Assembly (NCBI GenBank): GCA_965645245.1
Contig: OZ287074.1
Location: 1,240,001-1,304,000 of the forward strand
DNA: 64,000 nucleotides
Reading direction: 5' to 3'
Source of the DNA: Massalongia carnosa
Taxonomy: Eukaryota
In this document: one piece after another, positions 48,305 to 62,259 of the stretch
How the letters are laid out: each line of letters starts with the position of its first letter
Numbering within the stretch: position 1 is the first letter of the stretch
Position numbers and translations under genes: made by a program
The notes under the pieces: generated by a model
What the model saw: only the letters and a program-made list of their open reading frames with translations
The model's database searches: none
What the model was told of the DNA's origin: nothing

Positions 48305-48797
48305 TTAGTTATTTGTACTAAATCTGTCGGATCATGGCGATCAGTATGGAAGGTCAAGACTGAAATGTCTTGGGCTGCATACTTGTGGCCGCACGCGCAG
48401 CTGTAGAAAACAGTACTGCCCTCGTCGGCGCTCCTCAGCTGTTGGGTGTAATATCTCATTTCCTCTCTACCACATTCCGTACACGTCTGCCTGATGGTGG
48501 CTGAGGTCTGCACATCTGCCTCGGTCAATGTTTGCACTGCTGAGTGCTTCGAGCGCAAAGCTGAAGGAAAGGCGGTTGGCTTTGATTTCGTGGTAATAAC
48601 CGTCGATGAGGTGTCTGTGAGGGTTACTCTCGGACTTCAGAGCTTGTGCTTTGCAGAACAGAACACCAGCATCAATGTGTACCTTTGTTTTCCACGCCAC
48701 AGACGTTGCATATCAAAATAGCTTTCTTGTCACCCGATGACCCATCGAGTAGATCCCCGCAATCCTTACAAAATACCAGGGATCCAATGGCGGTCAT
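48305..48797 (-). CDS. RPA12: RNA polymerase I subunit Rpa12, 3 exons
   Basis: 'GSLVFCKDCGDLL...CNVCG' zinc ribbon; TFIIS-like 'QLRSADEGSTVFYSC'; ends 'KFSTNN*'. Confidence 0.93.
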
Positions 48798-49175
48798 TAT
48801 TAGGGGGTTGTTAGAATTGGCTGTGCTTGCAGTATCTGATCGGATTTAGGTTAATGATTGGGTGATGTTTTTTTTTGGGGACGATTAAAATGATCTCGCG
48901 TCAAGCGGGTAAGGCCGCAGCTTCACATCCCTGCAGTTAAAGTCATGCAAACCATAAACTTCGCCGTTGACGTTTATTGGCCTTCAAGAAACCCCTCCAC
49001 AACTCCCCTTCCCCCTTCGTCCTTACCTTTCCTTAGAAAGGCCGCTTAAAATGCGGAAGCTCTTCGGTTTATGAAAAGAAGCTTTTACTACGCTACTATT
49101 GGGATGTAGTAAGAATTGAGAAGGCCTTCCCTCCGCTATATGACCTTTCTATTTTTCCATGAATGATCCTTGGCT

Positions 49176-52100
49176 ATGGCCCCTTCGGTCTTCAATCGGG
49201 TAGTGCTACCCTCTCCCACATTTTCAACTCCAATCATAGACAGCCGGGGACCGTCCAGGCCTTCGAATTCACTGCTACACAGTAACGGTATAGGCCCCTC
49301 GAATACCAACAACAATCGTCGCCCACGACTTCTTACCGTCGATGAAGCTTTACAATACTCTCCTCTTTCCTCGATAGTTCCTTTTAGTTCTGGTATATGA
49401 ATGATGTCTCTATTTAGAAGCTCTCTTGCTGATGGATCTAGATGTTGTACCTCTACCAAATGCTCGACTTTTGGGCTCTCGTCCCATCTTTCTCATTCCG
49501 TCAGAGCAATCCGTAGCAAGGCAGCCCCTTAATATCTTAGACAGAGGCATAATTCAATCCGAAGGATATTCACATCTCGCTCAGTCTACGCTAAATGAGA
49601 TACGACCATTTTTAGACGAGAAAGTGGTTACCAATTTGTGAGTTGGAAGATTTCAGTTTCAAAGGTCTGCAGTTAAACCCATCCATCAGTAAATTTAAAA
49701 AACCTGCGGGGCTCAGTGGTGGCCCGTCTACCATCCAGCAATCATTAGAAAGCAATACTAAAGCTAGACGTCCACATCAGCTTGGCCCGTTTGCGAACAT
49801 GTTGCTCGATGCAACCAACCTTGCCCAGCGTTGTAAGTACTCCCATTGACGTAATTTCCACCGCTGACAGTGTCATTCTCTAAGACCCCACTCCAACTAG
49901 CCTGGGACGTCGTCCCTTAAAATTGACTTCATCGCCGAAGCCTGAGCAAAAATCTTCGTTGGGAATACAACAAGGCCCAATCAAACAGCAGGTGCGCCCA
50001 GCAACTCCAACTACACCAGATTCACACCCTCGAAATCAGGCTGTGATTCCCCAAAGTACCGTACTTTCTACTACGGGCGAACCCTTGCCTGCCTTCGAAC
50101 CGCCCAAATTATACCCAATTGTACTCATCACCCCTCTCTCTGCCGAATCCCGATCTAGTGACGTGAGGGTTTATACTGAGGAAGATGCACCATCGCGAAA
50201 GCGAAAGCGTGGGGTACCTGAAAATGCTGCAGCGACGAAAGACCAAAGGGCAATTGCCGATGAGGCATTACGCCGACTGCAAGACCTTATTCAAGATATT
50301 TTTGAAGCGGACGACCAGTCGCAGCCAGATACTTCAGGAGCCAAATCCACAGAAGCTGGACATTTCTTCGTTACATCTCGTTTCGAAGAGCGTGAAATAA
50401 ATACTTTAGCGCCAACAGTCCATGTCAAATTAGAGGCAGCATTGCAAAAATCTATCTCCTTGGGTAATTATGCAGAGATCCCCATAGATCATCTCTGTCG
50501 ATTGCAAGAGCTTTGCCAAGGCGGCTTAGCATTAGCAGAGTCTTCGGTATTTCATGCCGAACAATGCCTTAATATGGAAGACGACTCTAAATGGATCCGA
50601 GGGGTTGAATCACTTGACTCGGGGCTCCGAGCTGCTCGTACAATACTAAGGATCATGACCGGAGGGCGTCAGGAGAAAGAAATTTACTCGGAAGAGCTGC
50701 TGCAGAGCGTACTAAGCGTGCTTGAGAAAGCCATGAACTCATTCATCATCCCAATTGTTGAAGCCCGGAATATTGGACCCAGCTCCTATATCTTCGAAAC
50801 TGCCTCATTACATAAGAAAATTGTTTCTCAGGTCTTATATGATTGTAAAAAGGCTATAAGTCTCCTTACAGGTCTGTTGGTCAAAGTGGAAACGGCCGAC
50901 AGCATCATTAATAAAGTAGAGTCTTTCGCGACTCGAATTCTTTTCATAGAAAACGCACATAACGAGAAAGAATCGGTACTAGGCATTCAAAGGTTTGAAA
51001 CCATACGGCGGACAACCATGGATCTTATTGCAGAAATTTTTTCTCGATATCCGCAGCAGCGAGTCTCTCTCTTTAATGAGATTCTCACGTCTTTGCAAAA
51101 ACTTCCGGTCAAGGGTCAACAAGCACGCCAATATAAGTTAGCGGACGGGACAAGTATTCAGCTTGTCTCTGCATTGATCATACGCTTAATTCAAACAAGT
51201 GCAACACCTTCCGCCGCTAGAAAGAAGACCCGAAATGCATCTGTCCATGTTGTAAGACAAGGCGAATCCGATGACTCCGAGGCAGAGGGCATGAATTCTG
51301 TGTCCAGCAGCCAAGACAATGGGTCCTCGGACGAGACATCGGAAGCTACAGCAGGTTCCACGTATGAGGATTTAATACATCAACTAACAAAGAATGTAAC
51401 CCTATTTCATAATACTGCTGCTCAAAATGCTCAGTACGTTGTCAACTTTTACGTTAGGCGTGCAATGACGGCTTCAAAAACAGGCGATCAGCCTCATCGA
51501 CAACTATTAGACATGTTTGCCGAAGACTTAATAGCTGTGCTTGGTTTGCCGGAATGGCCTGCAGCAGAATTGCTTCTACGTGCTCTATTGATCCGCATGA
51601 TAGATATTTCAGAGAGGAGGGAGTCTACTTCAACGGCAAAGACTATGGCCTTGGAGCTTTTGGGCCTTATGGGCTCGGCCATATCCGAGGTGGTGGCTAA
51701 CACAAGACATTCGGCAAGGGCCCTCGAAAATCATGATTCAGAGCTCAGTGGACATCTGAGACAGCTTTTAGATGACTATATGGAAGCAAAATTAGAGAAC
51801 AGTGAACTTCTTGGCTGGAAGGGACCGTTTCACGCAGTGGTGGCGTATCTTCAATCTGATGACTCGGGGGATAAGCAGATTGTGAGCGCTCGAGGCTACT
51901 ATCTAACTCAATGGGCGAAGGCTGCCTCTTCTGGGCACTTAGCTGCTAATAGTAGCACTAAAAAACTTGCGACCCGGCTGCGAAAGATGCTCTCACTAGC
52001 TAGGTGGGATAGCTCAGAGTAAGTGCCCGCCCTGCTGTTGGCGTCTTATATTGAAATTAACTGAATGAGCAGCGAAATGGAAGCAGTTTCAAATAATCAG

Positions 52101-54899
52101 GCTCGGCTTGCGTACGCCCTCACTGTCCTGAGCATGGACTTTTGCCGGCAATTTGACCGCATATTAAAGATTCTTTTGGATTCGATCGGCAGCGAACAGC
52201 CCACAATACGAAATAGAAGCTTGAAGAGTGTGACGCAAATGCTAGAGAAAGATCCATCTCTTTTAGCTCGGGCAAGAAATGTGAAAATTAAAATCATGAT
52301 TTGCGCAACAGATGTTTCCTCCATGGTTCGTGACTCGGCTTTGATGCTTATTGGGAAATGCATACTACTTCAGCCTTCACTTGAGCAGGAGTTTTGCAAG
52401 ACTGTCCTAGCACTTTCGAATGATTCCGCCGTGGGGGTACGAAAAAGATCCATGAGGCTACTGAAAGACATATACCTACGAAATACCCGAAAAGATTTCA
52501 ACGCGATGATTGCGGACAGCTTGTTGCAGCGTACCAAAGATCCAGACGTGGGGGTCTGCGATTTGGCACGACAAACTTTCGAAGATATCTGGTTCGCGCC
52601 GTTCTGGAGATCAACCGACTCTACAGAGCTGTCTGTACAAGACAAGCTCTCGCTACAGTCTCAAGTAAGTCTCCTTGTAGGTACGGTACAGCGAGGCGAG
52701 GGCGTACCATTTGCAATGGTTTCTTTGATCCAAAAAGTTTTGTCAAATGTTTCAAAAACGGCTGCAGCAAACTTTAAGGTATGCAAAGCGCTTGTCGCTC
52801 TTGCATTTGAAGGTATGATCGACAGTCAAGATGCCGAACGACTCGAGCAGAGACACATCCTGCAGACCTTAACTATCTTCGCTCAAGCTGATGCAAACCT
52901 TTTTGCGGCGGACCAGTTACAATATCTGCGGCCTTATATATCTAATTTATCAAGCCCAGATGATCTTAGTCTCTTTAGATCTGTCGTCATCATCTTCCGC
53001 TGTGTATTGCCACATGTCCCGACCATCCAGCACGGGCTTCTCAGGGAAGTCCAGACAGCTCTACTCCACAGTATTTCAAAGCTAGGAAAGGCAGAGCTCG
53101 ATGAGGTAGCAACATGCTTGTGGACCATCAATGGTACGCTCAATAATCCAGAAAAGCTGATCAAGTTGACTTTGTCTGTACTCAATCACCTACACAAATC
53201 AAAAGATCTTGATTTCAAAGATCCAAAGCAGATTGAATGGCTTAATCGTGTGAAGAAATATATTCGGATTGCTGGGTATTTTGGCAAACATTGCAACTTC
53301 GAAAATGATAGCCAAGTTTTTCGGGACTCCCTTCGTTGGTGGACCGGATCATCAGTTGCTGAACTCATTGTCAATTCATTGTCTCCATACGCAGGTATTA
53401 AGCAGCCTATTTCGCTTCGGTCTGATGCTCTAGAAGGTATCGGTCTAATATGTCAGTCATGGCCTTATCAGTTCAACCAAGAAAAAATAAGCGATACTTT
53501 TGAAACAATTCTGGAAGAGGATAGCCAAGAACTCCAAAAGATTGTACTGTCTAGCTTCAGAGACTTTTTCTCTAAGCAGGAACGTCAAGCTGGGCTAAAG
53601 AATGACGAAGTGCTGGGTAAAGAGAACTCTCCGCCAAAGGGCAAGCTTGGTGGGTCAATGACAGCCAGCGACGGTGATGGAGCATCTGCTCTGATCGCGC
53701 AACGTTTTTTAAAAAGCGTTCTTCGTATTGCTTTGGCCAGTCAGGATATGACTGCTCTAACGGCCACTCAAGTAATCACCAGCATCAATCGGCAAGGGCT
53801 TGTCCATCCTAAAGAATCGGGTCCAGCTCTTGTTGCTCTAGAAACCTCTACGAATCCGGATATTGCAGACGTTGCCTTTCAAGAACATCGCAATCTACAT
53901 CAACAACACGAGAGTATGTTCGAACGTGAGTACATGAGGGCTATCCAGGAGGCCTTCAAATATCAAAAAAATGTTGTAAAAGATCCATTAGGCGCAACAA
54001 AGCAGCCAGTTGGCCCAAAGCTACGCGCAATGTTTGAAGTTATTAAAATGAGCAAAGGAAAGTATCAGAAGAAGTTCCTATCAAATTTCTGTTCGAAGAT
54101 CGATTTTGAGATTTCTCGCCTGGATACTCCTGATGCTCTGAATAACACCCTGCAATATTCACGCTTTCTCATAGAGAACATTGCTTTTTTTGAATACGGC
54201 CGCATGGATGAGCTTCTCCACACCATTTCCTGTATGGAAAAGGTTGTCGCAGGTACCGGGTCCGGCATTGCTCATAGCATTTCCACCGAAATTTTCCGAG
54301 TCAAGGTTGATGCTCTTGCAGAAGATGCCGAGAGCAAACACTCCGAGTTGACAGCGACGGTAGATGCTCCAGCTATAGATATCAACCCAATAAGACTTCG
54401 GCAACTGACCACTGGAACCGTTATTCTTTCCTGCCTTTGGGAGGCGAGAACTTATTTACGTCGACTTTTTGGTCTTCAATCAAGTCAGCAGCGACGGGAA
54501 GGTAAATTGAAGGCATCGGTTAAGGATCTTAACAAAGCTCCAAGTAGAGTATCAGGCATCACCGGAGAACGTCTTTTGGCGCTAATTGAAGAGAAAGTCG
54601 GCTCTCTGACGAGCCCAGAAGCCATGGTGAAACAATGCCATGAGTTTGTTGAGTTGCTGTCGATTGACAGTGAAGTCAAAGTGGCTGCGGATGGCGAAGA
54701 CGAGGTTGGGCCGCCAGAGACGCCAAGCGCAGACGATGAAGATACACTTATGCCATCTAGCGGAGGATTCAAGACGTTGAAGAGAAAAGCGTCGGTGTCG
54801 GTAGCTGGGACACCTCACAAGAGGAGAAAAGGACGGACTTCACTTGGTAGGCGGAAGAAAAGTGGGAAGAGCATCGACGGCGAAGAGGACTGGACTTGA
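49176..54899 (+). CDS. SCC2: Cohesin loader Scc2/Mis4/Nipped-B, 5 exons
   Basis: 'LTVDEALQYSPLSS', 'LGLPEWPAAELLL', HEAT region 'VRDSALMLIG', 'GVRKRS', 'QGLVHPKE...LVALETS'. Confidence 0.93.
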
Positions 54900-56643
54900 A
54901 GCAGTTGATATTGTTGATAAGGCAAAAGTCAAAGGAGCGATTCAGGCCAAATATTTTCTCGCTATGCGGGTGTCTCGAATCTGATGAAACGAAATCTCGA
55001 TCTGGACTGATATCAGGATGAAACTAGGTATTGCCGTTGCGTCGCAAACAGATTTTTCTAGGGAAACGTAAATGGAATTTGGGCACGATATACCCGTTTT
55101 GCTTCAGCATACACTTGCTTTTTCTCACCGGGAGCCTGGTAGGCTTATCTAGCTGGATGGATAATTAGCTTGATAGGACAAGCCGACGCTTAGGTATCAT
55201 CTATCTTGGCTTTTTTTTTTTGAAAGCTAAGGCGCACATATTTCTAAAAGTAAATAGCAACTTAGGCGGCAAGCATGAAGGCTCGAATCAAATCGAGACT
55301 GGTGCACTACACATATAATTTACTGGGTCAATTGATACCTTTCTAGGTTATGTAGGTAGGGAAATGAAGATCACTTAGACGTTCCTTTTCTTACCGATGA
55401 AACTTTCTTTCACTATATATAGAAATCTCATCCCGAAGGGGGCTTGGGCGGTAACCAAAGGGGGGCGCTCTCTCTTTTTCTGTCTGTCACATTCACACCT
55501 ACAAAATCTATACCTATGTATTATGAACTCCCAGTTAGTTCTACCAGCCAGCAAGAACGCCTTTGAGCGTAGACGAACCAACCTTTTTTCTCTCCCTCTT
55601 ATTCCCCGACTCTCCAACGCTGAAGACCACAATCTTTCCCTTCTTCTTCTTCTTCTTCTTCTTCTCCTCGACAAAGAAAAGAAGCCCCCTTCTTCAATCG
55701 CTCGCTCGTGGGGTACTTGGTTATGTCTGTCTTTGAAAGCCTGGAATCTATTTTCGTTTTGTTGATCCTTGTGATGATGGTTAACTTTAAACGTGATCGC
55801 GTGCGAGACGCGGCGCACACGAGACGGAAAAAACAATCATAAATAGACAAGTGGGGAAAGGGGAAGGAGATTTGGGTTGGTTGTATGTATGTGAATGACG
55901 CACAGGGAAAGGGGAGGCAGATCCCGACAACTTTTTGTCAAGTCTCAGTCAAATACTAGCAGGACTAGGGTTAGGGTTAAACTGGGCGTTGATAAAGAAA
56001 AAGAAAAAAAGCTCTCTATGACCTCATTCACGTTAGGTGGGGGGTTTTTTTTTTCTTTTTCGCGCGTGAAAGTGGATTACACTGGTTTATTGCGTAAAAC
56101 ATGTATCCCGTAACCCCCTTTTTTCGCCCTCGTACTTGCTTGCTCCCGTCTGGAAAAAGAAAAAAAGAACTTTTCTGTTCGAGCCAATTAGATAGCCAAA
56201 GCATAGATCTCCCAATTTCCATCAAACAGCTCGGTTTTGGTGAACGTCCGTCAAGCATCATTTGAAGACATCGAAGCTTAAAAGGCAAAAATGATGTATT
56301 GAACGCAACGTTGATAGCTACGGTTGAAGAACAGAGACGCCGTCGCTCACCATCAGTATTCGGCTTGATTCTCTCAGCCGAAGACTGGAGAAATTGCTTG
56401 AGCAATAGAATGATTGGAACTGATGGATGGAAGCGAAAATCAAGTTTCGTCGCAAGGCATGTAATGCTAGCTTTCAGGTACTCCTCAATATTGGGTGTTA
56501 AGCTAGCACTTAAAGCAAAAGGCTCCGACAAAAGCTCCCGCAAAAGCTCCCGCCCCCTTCAACCTCCGGAATCACTCCTACCGGCCACCTCGAACGGTTA
56601 TCCTCAGATCTTGGTTATTTCATTGTCGCGTTGGGAAACTCCG

Positions 56644-57219
56644 TCAATTCGGACACCCCACTGTCTCGGTCTGGAAAGAAACGCCGCAACCCGTACACGG
56701 CAACGAGCATTCAAACGTGCGCGTTGTTGTAGGAGTTGCTGTGGGGCAGCAAACACCGGGACAGCCGACGGTAGTGTGCTTCAGGATAATACACTCCGGG
56801 TGGGCGCAGAATCTGGGTGTGACGCTGGCGTAGCAGGGGTTGACTTTCGTCTTAGTGGCGGTGGGACAGTCCGGCGGGGCGAGGGTGGTGAGAGTACGAG
56901 TTTCCATGACGGTAACGATTTTGCTGATGGGAGGGCAGGTTGGGTGGAGGCGCTGGACTAGCGCGGGAATGGGCTCTGCGAGGGTGAGTGGGAGGAGGCT
57001 GAAGAAGGACGTTAGATTAGGATTGACAAAGAAGATTCAAGCTGAGATTATGGGACTGAACAAGAACCGAGGGAAGGGGGAGGTGTATGCGGGATGACGA
57101 TCTCAGAAAAGGTGCAGAGGGCTGGTCAAAATAAAAGTCTGGAAAACTTTGCAAAGGGTCCAACTGGCTTACATCAAGCCTAGGAGTTGGACGGAGAGGA
57201 TATATGATTTGGCCAACAT
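56644..57219 (-). CDS. Small secreted cysteine-rich protein (133 aa, 12 Cys), 2 exons
   Basis: Exon 1 57219-57173 + exon 2 56998-56644 (GTAAGC...CTAAC...CAG) give MLAKSYILSVQLLGLILLPLTLAEPIP...; 402 nt, in frame. Confidence 0.78.
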
Positions 57220-57900
57220 GATGAGCAGTGGATTGATATGAACGATAGAGAACGGAGAAGATGGACAAGATTGAGAGTGGTTGGATTGACAGCTTGAAGG
57301 GCTAAAGGTGGGGGAACAGCGGCGACGACACCGAGCAAAGATTCTTTTCAAGTCTTTCTCTCTCCCTTATATGCGTGGCCGAAGGAGAGCAATGGAGGGG
57401 CAGGTAAGACGTGCCAGGGTCGAAATCAACATAACTTCCGAGTACATGTCCGAATATGTTTCCTCTGACACGATGCTTGGTTCGGACCCCACACCAGGAC
57501 TTTGTTTCGCTTGGTTGACGAAAACCGCACTACGGTGGCGTGAAGCTAGAGTCATGGATCGATATGACGATCCTTGATTCGAGCTCGAACCCATGACAGG
57601 ATCAAGCTTCATCGGTCATGCTCCTTTCATCAACGGGGGTCAATAGGGTCAACGAGGTCAACGAGGTCAACGGGGGGGGTCAGCGGGTTTCCAATGTCGT
57701 GGTGGTTAGAGACAGAGTGGTCGGATTATGCGCATCGGCATGAAACGTAGGAGAGTGTAGCTTGCAGTAGCAATTCATGTCCATCAGCCCATCCTCCAAC
57801 CCACTGGAAGAATGCGGTTGTATATTGGTTGCCAAGGGTCCAAGGGTTGACTTTGGTGTCACCTGATGAATCGTATAACTTCACTGAGTGTGAATGGGGC

Positions 57901-57941
57901 GTACAGAGTACAGCGTACAGCGTACAGCGTACAGCGTACAG
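57901..57941. repeat. 7-bp tandem repeat (GTACAGC)n, ~6 copies
   Basis: GTACAGA GTACAGC GTACAGC GTACAGC GTACAGC GTACAG. Confidence 0.9.
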
Positions 57942-58314
57942 GGTAGGTTGTCTGATTTCTTTAGCGAATCTTTGTTTAGAGCGACTAGGTCGTATCGACG
58001 ATGATGGAAGCGAGTTCTGTTTTGGAGGTGAGAACAAGCATTATTCCATACCATACCGATCTAAGGTTATTTATTGGCGGTGTTCCCACATCCGTACAAG
58101 CTCGAGATAAAATACCGAGTACATTCCCAGGATCGATCAGGGATAGTTATGCCACATTAGCTTCTGATTGGCTCGCTCGGTGGATTGACTTCGGAGGACG
58201 TTCCTTTTCTAGTTTGGCGTCGTCAACGCCCAATGTTGTTACTTGCTCTGTCCGAGGGACCTTCTATCCATGTCTTGGAATGGACAGCCCTAGCCCATGG
58301 ACCAGGTTTGGAAT

Positions 58315-58590
58315 ACACAGTAAAACACAGTAAAACACAGTAAAACACAGAAAACACAGTAAAACACAGTAAAACACAGAAAACACAGTAAAACACAGTA
58401 AAACACAGTAAAACACAGTAAAACACAGTAAAACACAGTAAAACACAGTAAAACACAGTAAAACACAGTAAAACACAGTGAAACACAGTGAAACACAGTG
58501 AAACACAGTAAAACACAGTAAAACACAGTAAAACACAGTAAAACACAGTAAAACACAGTAAAACACAGTAAAACACAGTAAAACACAGTA
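58315..58590. repeat. 10-bp minisatellite (ACACAGTAAA)n, ~27 copies
   Basis: Direct tandem array with two 9-bp units and three GTGA variants. Confidence 0.97.
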
Positions 58591-59037
58591 GATGAACACA
58601 ATCCCAAAGACCATAACCTACACATATCCGAGTAAGGGATCCTTAACAATACCGAGGAAGAAGAAACTGGGTCATCGATCCCCACCCTCTCAGGGCCAGT
58701 AGTTAGCGGCCACCGCCAATCGCCATCGCCATCGACACCCGCACCCGGCCGTTGCCAATGTTTCTTGCAGAGCATCCCACGTTGCCGCAAGTCTGGGTTG
58801 GATTCGCAAACAACATGAAGACTTCATTCCACTTTCGTGAACGAGATCCTTGCCGCGTGAAGCAATGATTTGACGAGAAAAAACTCGACATGTTCACTTC
58901 CGTCAGTAGGAGAGAAAATCCCCGATGATGCATTAACTCGACCATGTAGCGCGGACGTTCTGATGTGGGTTGTATATAAGATCCTCCACGCATCAAACCC
59001 ATCTCCCGAGAGGGATATCGACTGAAACTGACGCAAT

Positions 59038-60225
59038 ATGGCGTCCAGTCCCCTCTGCTTCGTGTTCACCGTCCTGGTCTTGTTGGTCCTGATGGCTAAT
59101 GCACATGGACCCTCGTATATCAACTATACCACCATTGCCGGCTATTTCCTGCAGGATGATCCGCTGACCAACTCTTCCACTTTGGACTACGTACGTCTGA
59201 CATCCCTTTTCCTTTCCGGTCATCATTGACCCCGTCCAGACTGCGGTCAACCTTGGTCTCATTAATCGTACCTACGATACCGATGGCGAGTATGGCCTTG
59301 GCCATCAGGCAACTCAATGGCAGCGGTTCGCCCGTCAAGTATTCCGCCTGAACCATGAGAGCGGCAGGCATGTACAATACAAGGTCCTCTACATGGGTCG
59401 ACATGGGGAAGGATATCACAACGTAGCAGAGAGTTTCTACGGGACTCCGGCCTGGGACGTAAGCAAGGCTTGAACTATAACCACAAACAAAGCTGACCGA
59501 GAAATTACCCACAGTGCTACTGGTCGAAGCAAGATGGGAACGCCACCGTGACCTGGGCTGATGCGCACTTGACAGAAAACGGGATCCAGCAAGCCCGCAA
59601 AGCCAATGCCTTCTGGGCGAATCGGATAGCAACTGAAAAGATCCCCGTTGCCGAGTCATACTACACCAGTCCTCTCGACCGCTGCCTGGCCACAGCCAAT
59701 ATCACATTCTCCGATCTTGAACTCCCAAGCCGTCACCCCTTTGTCCCAGAAGTAAAAGAGGTAAACAATATTCGTATAACCCACATAAACGTAAGGCTAA
59801 TCCCATTCCTACATCAGCTCCTCCGTGAAGCGATAGGAATCCATACTTGCGACCGCCGCAGCACCAAATCCCACATCCACGCCGCCTACCCTACCTTCAC
59901 CGTCGAGTCCCACTTCGCCGAAAGCGACCCTCTTTGGACCCCCAATCTACGCGAAAGCGACTCCGCCCTTGACGCCCGTCTCAAACGCCTTCTCGACGAC
60001 GTCTTCGCGCACGACGATGCCACGTTCATATCCTTTACCAGTCATTCGGGAGCCATCGCTTCGATCCTGAGGGTGCTGGACCATCAGCCTTTTGGCCTGG
60101 TCACCGGGGGGGTGATTCCAGTTCTGGTTCGAGCAGAGAAAGTGTATGCTACGCCGCCGTCGACGAGCATTGCCGCTTCGACTCCTGCTCCGACCTGTAC
60201 GGCCAATCCCACGGCGTCTCCATAG
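59038..60225 (+). CDS. Secreted histidine phosphatase / phosphoglycerate mutase family protein (Pmu1-like), 4 exons
   Basis: Signal peptide; 'KVLYMGRHGEGYHNVA', 'DAHLTENG', 'SPLDRC', 'HTCDRRS', 'TSHSGAI'. Confidence 0.88.
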
Positions 60226-62223
60226 CGGATTTCAACGGTTGATAGTTTAAATATAATAAAGCATCTACAGCGTTTCTCCTCTTGCATGAACCTTTCATAC
60301 CACCCAAATCATCTCCATCAGCAGACCCTATCAAGTGAACCGCTTTCCCCATTTCCCCTATCTTTATCTATTCGAAACCTACATGAGATCTAGGAACAAG
60401 ATGAAATTGCACTTCTAACAGGCCGCCGATGATGAGAAGAAGAGCATGCGGCTTGTTTGATAGATAGGGAGATTTATATCCATCCATCCAAAGATGGACG
60501 TAAACTAACCCAAACCAAGCCAAGTTCCCAAAACCCACCACTTAATAACTGTCGTGACGCCACCCCCCCCTTCCGGTCGCAAGCTTTCCCTCGCAAAGCT
60601 CCTGCCGTCATCATCATTATCATCACAACAGGTCTGGAAAACTCTCATGTAGCTGGATGAATCCACATTAACCGATAAGTCCCATCCGTTTTGCAGTCGA
60701 GGGCGGGGGGAGTTTTTCAAGAAAATTTCTTAGGGAAAGAGATGAGAGGAAAGCATGACATGGGTTGGAAGAGATGGAGGTAGAAAAGGGGAGGCAGAGG
60801 AAGGGGGCAAGGTGAGGTAAGTTGTAAATGACTCCACCCAGTCCCGATCGGGGGTTTGGGGAGTTCGGAGTCGTACGCGGGGCGCAATCTTCGGGTCTGT
60901 TTGCGTTTGGGCGATTTCGGATCGGGTGTATGGATGGAAGAAGCATCATCGTTCTAGGTTGATTTGGTCTGGTTCATTCTTCTTTTCTTCGTCTTCGTCT
61001 TCGTCTACCCATCTCCATCTCCATCCCTCACTTCTTTCAGGCTGATCAGGATTGGGGAACCCCTCCTCTCTCGAGATGTAGGTTCCCGTAGTTATATTCT
61101 TATTCGCTGGGATTTCGTTGCGCGTTGATGCCTACTTCATTTTTTTGTTGGGGGGGGGAGGGGGGGCTTTGAAAGGAAGAGAATGGGAAAGGGCGGGGGG
61201 GGAGAGCGAGGGAATGAAGACTAAAGGGCGGGGGAGGGGGGTTAGGAACGGGAATTGAGGACAGAGAGCTGAAAGGGGAGGGATAGGTATAAGGGGGGGG
61301 GAATGGAAGGAAGAAGAGGAGGAGAAGATAAACAGAAATCCATCTTCCCCCCCCCCTTCCATCCCTCCCTCCTATCCTCCCCTTCAACATTTTTTCCCTT
61401 CTACTTCTTCCCTCTCTTTTAATTCTTTCCTTTCCATCCTCGCCTCCCCTCGCTTACAGCTCAACGCACGAACGAATACTCGAACTCCCCCCCCCCTAAA
61501 TCAACCAATCCATATACCGATCTTACGTTTCTCCTCAGCGGAACAGACTCTCAGCTAGCTAGCCACCCCCGCTGCCGCCTCCTCAGTCGTGCTCTTCTCT
61601 GCGCTCCTCTTAATCTTATGGCAGGTTTTGGACAAAGGACAGTTGACTTAATTTTGGGCTTTTTGGGGGATGGGGAAAGTGAGGCGGATGGGTCGTGAAG
61701 GAGAGACGGTTGAGGCATGGAAGGTGGAGGTGGCGGCGAATGCACCGTGAGGGGGTGTAGCTAGGCCTATATGGAGATAGAGAAGGTCAGGGTCAAGTCC
61801 AAGGTCAAGTTCCAGGACAGATAGATGGGAGTGCCCGAACCGTTGACCGCAACCCCCATCTGCACTCCCAACCTCCCCTCCTCCCTCCATCCTCTTGCAG
61901 TTCTACCAAACCACCGCCCAAACCACTCAACCGGAACCGCATACACCTATCTAGAAGGAATTTCTAGAAGCAAGGTACTGGCTTGCTCGATCAAGAAAGA
62001 AAGAAACAATTGCTTCCGCGTTACCGATCTAGTAACAACGACAACAACAGTAATAATAATAATAATAATAATAATACTGATCCATCGCGACGACGAGATT
62101 TGCGCCCGCACCGAACAACCAAAATACTGCGACCGGAGCCTTCGCACGACAAACACTTGGAAAACCCCGAATGGGATTAGGTGGGTTGGTAGGGCTGGAA
62201 TGAGTGTTGTTGTTGAGGACCGG

Positions 62224-62259
<36 letters not shown>

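Noticed and set aside
10036..48797. Ribosome-biogenesis gene cluster (NOP53, REX4, ESF1, RPA12, snoRNAs)
   Set aside because: Genes are scattered over ~39 kb among unrelated genes; enrichment cannot be shown without genome-wide statistics
55966..55981. TAGGGTTAGGGTTAA as telomere or telomerase-RNA template
   Set aside because: Only about two units in low-complexity intergenic DNA; only ~1 kb lies downstream on the template-sense strand before SCC2, and I recognised no other telomerase RNA elements
56299..56961. 220-aa plus-strand ORF
   Set aside because: Non-ATG start and antisense to the better-supported secreted Cys-rich gene
58223..58790. Cys/Phe/Val-rich ORFs (FYCVLLCFTV)n and a possible CRISPR-like array
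   Set aside because: Translation artefacts of the 10-bp minisatellite; no unique spacers; eukaryotic context
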